A DNA stretch of 64,000 nucleotides, from assembly GCA_963797095.1 (NCBI GenBank), contig CAWCNY010000005.1:96001-160000 (forward strand), given 5' to 3'. The notes below the pieces were generated by a model, which did not search any database, was not told the DNA's origin, and saw nothing but the letters and a program-made list of their open reading frames with translations. Source of the DNA: an uncultured Chloroflexia bacterium. Lineage in GTDB: Bacteria > Chloroflexota > Chloroflexia > QHBQ01 > JADMIH01. Made by a program: the position numbers and the translations under genes. Below are positions 60,034 through 64,000 of this stretch, piece by piece (the first letter of the stretch is position 1; each line of letters opens with the position of its first letter).

Positions 60034-60933
60034 TTATTTCCGGCGTTGCCGCCTCAACATCGCAAAGCGCACGATAGCGCGTACCATGTCTTCGTCGGTT
60101 GAAAGCGACAGCATATCTACTCCGGCCCGCTTGAACGATTCGGTCAAGGCGGCTTCGCGCTGCATGGCAGCTTCACGAAAGCGCCTGCGGAAACTGCGGT
60201 CGTGAGTGTCTACGTAGAGGTTCTCACCTGTCTCAGCATCCTGCATTATGATCGGGCCAATGTCGGGAAGCTGGGTCTCGCGGGGGTCCCACAGTCGAAT
60301 CGCCAGGACTTCATGCCGCTTGTTGAGTAAGCTCAGGGGGCGCTCCCAGCCGGGCGCACAGATAAAATCGGAGATGACAAAGACGAGTGAGCGTCTCTTT
60401 ATTAAGTCCAGGCCCGCGCCCAGCAGCGGATTCAGGTCGGTGAGCGGTGCTCTCGCCAGTTGCGGTTGGTCCAGTAGATCGTTGATAAGGTGCAGCACCT
60501 GGACCTTGCCCCCACGGGCAGGGATTGTGCGCTCGACATCGTTACCGTAGAAGATCGCCCCGACCCGGTTCCCATGGCGAGTTAGCAGGCGCGCCAGCGT
60601 TGCGACGAAGTCGATCAGTACGGAGCTTTTCAAGCTTTCGCGGCTGCCGAAGTCCATGGAAGGGCTTAGGTCAAGGAGAAACCAGGCGGTGATTTCGCGG
60701 TCTTCCGTGTACTGGCGAACATAAGGAGCGTCCATACGCGCGGTGACGTTCCAATCTATGTAGCGGACGTCATCGCCGGGTTGGTACTCGCGCAGATCGG
60801 CGAAGTCCACTCCGTAACCATAGAAGAGACTCCGATAATCGCCTTGCAGCATGCCATCCAACCGGCGGATCACCTGCCAGTCGAGGCGCTGTAAGATTCT
60901 CTCAGGCGCTGGCGCGGACTTTTGCATGCTCAT
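60034..60933 (-). CDS. DUF58 family protein
   Basis: G.DFADLREYQPGDDVRYIDWNVTAR, DLSPSM, ISDF. Confidence 0.93.
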   Translation of the reverse strand: MSMQKSAPAPERILQRLDWQVIRRLDGMLQGDYRSLFYGYGVDFADLREYQPGDDVRYIDWNVTARMDAPYVRQYTEDREITAWFLLDLSPSMDFGSRESLKSSVLIDFVATLARLLTRHGNRVGAIFYGNDVERTIPARGGKVQVLHLINDLLDQPQLARAPLTDLNPLLGAGLDLIKRRSLVFVISDFICAPGWERPLSLLNKRHEVLAIRLWDPRETQLPDIGPIIMQDAETGENLYVDTHDRSFRRRFREAAMQREAALTESFKRAGVDMLSLSTDEDMVRAIVRFAMLRRQRRK

Positions 60934-61912
60934 GTAAAGGCACCACCGGAATAGGCACGCGCTCCAGAATTCTCTTAAGGAGATCGTCGCTGGTCACATT
61001 GTCAGATAGCGCCTCGTAGGATAAGACGAGGCGGTGGCGGAGGACATCCAGCACCATGTCGAGAACATCCTGGGGCAGCGTGTACATTCGGCCACGAACG
61101 AAGGCAAGGGCTCGCGCCGCTCGGATCAGATTGATCGAGGCACGTGGGCTGGCACCGAACACTATATATGGCTGTAACTCCTTCAAGCCGACCGCCTGCG
61201 GTGCCCTGGTCGCCGCGACAACACGAATCGCGTACTGGATGAGAGCCGGGTCCACGTACACCTGGTCTGCAACGTTCTGGAGGTCCAGGAGTTGATCGGT
61301 GTTCAACACTTTTTGTACATCTTGAAGCACGCCGATCATGCGCTCAACGATGACAAACTCTTCGGCATGGCTTGGGTAGCCCACGAGCACCTTGAGCATG
61401 AAGCGATCGACCTGGGCCTCCGGCAGGGGATATGTGCCCTCGGTCTCGATGGGGTTCTGCGTTGCCAGCACGAGGAAGGGATTCGGTACTTTGAAGGTTT
61501 GGGAGCCAATAGTCACCTGCCGCTCCTGCATCACTTCGAGCAGTGCGCTCTGTACTTTAGCGGGGGCGCGGTTGATCTCGTCCGCCAGCAGAAGGTTTGT
61601 GAATACCGGACCGAGGGACGTGCTGAAGTCGCCCGTTTTCTGGTTATAGATGCGTGTGCCGACGAGGTCTGCTGGCACAAGGTCGGGCGTGAACTGGATG
61701 CGCTTAAACTCGCCTCCAATTGATTCGGCCAGGGTCTTGATCGCCATCGTCTTAGCCAGGCCGGGCACGCCTTCAACGAGCATGTGGCCATGAGCGAGGA
61801 GAGCGACGATCATGCGTTCCAGGAGGTGATCCTGGCCGACGATAATCTTCTTCACTTCATAGAGTACACGCTCCATTGGGAGCGCGTGGTCGGGTTTCTT
61901 AGTTTGCTCCAT
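60902..61912 (-). CDS. moxR: MoxR family AAA+ ATPase
   Basis: EGVPGLAKT, RIQFTPDL, DEINRAPAKVQSALLE, TQNPIE.EGTYPLPEAQ. Confidence 0.95.
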   Translation of the reverse strand: MEQTKKPDHALPMERVLYEVKKIIVGQDHLLERMIVALLAHGHMLVEGVPGLAKTMAIKTLAESIGGEFKRIQFTPDLVPADLVGTRIYNQKTGDFSTSLGPVFTNLLLADEINRAPAKVQSALLEVMQERQVTIGSQTFKVPNPFLVLATQNPIETEGTYPLPEAQVDRFMLKVLVGYPSHAEEFVIVERMIGVLQDVQKVLNTDQLLDLQNVADQVYVDPALIQYAIRVVAATRAPQAVGLKELQPYIVFGASPRASINLIRAARALAFVRGRMYTLPQDVLDMVLDVLRHRLVLSYEALSDNVTSDDLLKRILERVPIPVVPLHEHAKVRASA

Positions 61913-61977
61913 AGTCAATCTCCTTTTGGGGTGACAATTGGCCGGTATAGTGTGTATTGCCGTGAGGTGGGTTGCGT

Positions 61978-62904
61978 CTAGTATCGCGGCTCGCCAGCGG
62001 CGGTGGCTGCCGTGGTGATGGGAACCGCAAAACCGACGCCAACGAAGAAATTCTGCTCTGTGGGGTTCACAAGCCCGGTGATGATGCCTATCACCTCGCC
62101 GTTTCGATTCAGCAGCGGACCACCGGAATTACCCGGATTCACGGCGGCATCAATTTGAATCAGGTCTTTCAACGTGTAACTGCTGTCGACAGGTTGGAAG
62201 GTGCGGTTAAAGCCGGAGATCACCCCCGCGCTCATCGAGCCGTATAGACCGAAGGGATTACCCACGGCAAACGCCTCGTCGCCGACACGCATTGCGTTTG
62301 GATTCCCAAGTACGGCGGGCACAATTTGCTCCGGAGGTTGGATGGCTTGAAGGACGGCGATGTCGTTTTCGGGCTGAGTATCCGTCACCTGGGCGATCGA
62401 TTGGGTGCCATCCGCGAATGTCACCTGTATATTGTTGGTCTGAGTGACCACATGCAGGGCCGTGAGGATATCGCCCTGGGCATCGACTACGACGCCGCTT
62501 CCAAGATGATATTCGGCTTCGCCGTTTGAATTGGCATCAGACATCTGTGCCTGCACGAGCACAAGGGATGGCTGGATGACCTGATACACTTGCTCAGAGA
62601 AGGCGGGCGGAGGTGTCGCTGACGCGAAAGCCTGGGCGATTGAGTCGTTTACCTCCTGGGTTGTTATCTGATGTGCGGGAGGATTGAAAGCTTGATAAGC
62701 GAGAATCGCCAGGAACGCGGCCACGATACCTGCAACGAAAAGTAGAACACGAAATGCCGGGCCGCGCCATTGACGCAAGCGTGCCAGCCATTGCTCCTGC
62801 CAGGTAGGAGCAGGCTCAGTTGTGGCCGGTTCCCCATCCTCGGAGTAATTCAGTCCGAAGAAATCATCCTGTCTTATTGGAGAAGAACCGACGTCAGTTA
62901 CCAT
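61978..62904 (-). CDS. Membrane-anchored trypsin-like serine protease (S1C/HtrA-like, no PDZ); start uncertain
   Basis: Catalytic triad motifs LTALHVV, NDIAVL, NPGNSGGPL; TM anchor. Confidence 0.9.
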   Translation of the reverse strand: MVTDVGSSPIRQDDFFGLNYSEDGEPATTEPAPTWQEQWLARLRQWRGPAFRVLLFVAGIVAAFLAILAYQAFNPPAHQITTQEVNDSIAQAFASATPPPAFSEQVYQVIQPSLVLVQAQMSDANSNGEAEYHLGSGVVVDAQGDILTALHVVTQTNNIQVTFADGTQSIAQVTDTQPENDIAVLQAIQPPEQIVPAVLGNPNAMRVGDEAFAVGNPFGLYGSMSAGVISGFNRTFQPVDSSYTLKDLIQIDAAVNPGNSGGPLLNRNGEVIGIITGLVNPTEQNFFVGVGFAVPITTAATAAGEPRY

Positions 62905-63142
62905 GTGAAGCAACTTTCCATAGGAGTATGTTCATGTATGTCGAATCCTTCCGGGGAGTTCAGGGAGTTGGGAGGTGGCCCACCTGAATTCAGTCTACCC
63001 GAAGAAGGTTAAAAGAGATGAGGGGTAAAATGAAGTTTCTATTAAGAAGGTAGGGAAGGGACCTGATCGCTTGGAATGGCCGTCGGTAATACTCAATTTA
63101 CCAGTTAGCGCTGTTTCTTGCAATAAGATCGCGCACACAAGA

Positions 63143-63180
63143 TCAAAAAGAATGGACCGCCACAGGTCCATTCTTTTTGA
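63143..63180 (-). terminator. Terminator after ftsH
   Basis: TCAAAAAGAATGGACC-GCCACA-GGTCCATTCTTTTTGA. Confidence 0.8.
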
Positions 63181-63212
63181 ATTGCAATTGAGTTGTTGGC
63201 TTATCCGAAGGG

Positions 63213-64000
63213 CTATTCCTCCGGCGTATCGTGGATAAAGGCCATGCCGGGCGCTCCCTCAAGGCGTGGGACACCGCGAGGCTGCTCGGCGGCAGGCTTG
63301 GTGGCGGCAGGCTTCTCAGGACGCTCCGGTGCAATCAGTTTCGGCTCCGGCCTCGGCATCCCCTCGAACAGCGCCTCGAAGTCGGCGGCATCCAGGGTTT
63401 CCTTATCGATCAGAAGCTCGCTGATCTCGATCAGCTTGTTTTTGTAGGTGGTCAGGATCTCTTTGGCTTTCTCGTAAGCCTCGTCCACCAGAGCGCGAAC
63501 TTCCTTGTCGATTTCGTATGCAATTTCGTCTGAGTAATTGCGCTGCTCGGAGATTTCGCGGCCCAGGAAGACTAACTCTTCCTTGCGCCCCAGGGCAACC
63601 AGGCCCAATTTCTGGCTCATGCCGTAGCGAGTGACCATCATGCGTGCCATCTCGGTAACGCGCTCAATGTCGTTGCTCGCTCCGGTCGTGATCTCATGGA
63701 ATATGGTCTCTTCGGCAGCACGACCACCCAGCGCGAAAGCAAGGTTGTCTTTGAACTGCCCCTTCGACCACATATATCTATCTTCGCCTGGGAGGACGCG
63801 AGTGTAACCGCCCATCATGCCCCTGGCGATGATGCTGATCTTGTGCACAGGATCGACGTTGGGCAACATACGCGCTACCAGCGCGTGGCCCACCTCGTGG
63901 TAGGCGGTGATCGCCTTTTCGCGCTCCGAAATGATTCGGCTGCGGCGCTCAGGCCCTGCGATCACGCGGTCGATGGCCTCTTCCAACTCGCTCATAGTGA
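63213..64000 (-). CDS. ftsH: ATP-dependent zinc metalloprotease FtsH (3' part)
   Basis: AYHEVGHA, LGGRAAEE, TTGASNDI, MVTRYGMS. Confidence 0.96.
   Translation of the reverse strand, partial: TMSELEEAIDRVIAGPERRSRIISEREKAITAYHEVGHALVARMLPNVDPVHKISIIARGMMGGYTRVLPGEDRYMWSKGQFKDNLAFALGGRAAEETIFHEITTGASNDIERVTEMARMMVTRYGMSQKLGLVALGRKEELVFLGREISEQRNYSDEIAYEIDKEVRALVDEAYEKAKEILTTYKNKLIEISELLIDKETLDAADFEALFEGMPRPEPKLIAPERPEKPAATKPAAEQPRGVPRLEGAPGMAFIHDTPEE

Noticed and set aside
63005-63050. Response-regulator direct repeats upstream of the protease gene
   Set aside because: The spacing of the TTAA/ATGA words is irregular and cannot be supported

Overview
Core-genome region of a GC-rich monoderm bacterium, most consistent with phylum Chloroflexota (SLH proteins, Pro/Thr-rich linkers, 16S features; this is inference). 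In order it carries: partial tryptophan 2,3-dioxygenase, mce, a lower phenylacetate-type (paa) beta-oxidation operon, miaB, tRNA-Cys, an SLH amidase, rplY, an MsmX-type ATPase, mreB, a complete F1Fo atp operon, a PrsA-like foldase, rpsF-ssb-rpsR, rlmD, darA, tatD, a LysR regulator, bkd E1a/E1b/E2-lipA-lipB, cinA, a GT-C glycosyltransferase, an orphan groES, a DPPR-synthase-like UbiA, recR, a broken Uma2 gene, a stand-alone 16S rRNA gene, oatA, a protease-MoxR-DUF58-VWA-VWA operon and the 3' part of ftsH. The most notable signal is a 309-bp, protein-less IS200/IS605-type mini-element inside the Uma2 gene. It sits 3' of TTAC with no target duplication, its two ends have matching guide/cleavage tetranucleotides, and it has an internal promoter followed by a ~220-nt structured RNA running out through the right end, so it is a candidate stand-alone TnpB omega-RNA cassette. 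Other notable signals are an unlinked 16S gene with a 32-nt hairpin insertion in helix 22, two further MITE-like elements, and a family of heptamer-repeat hairpins in intergenic spacers of conserved operons.
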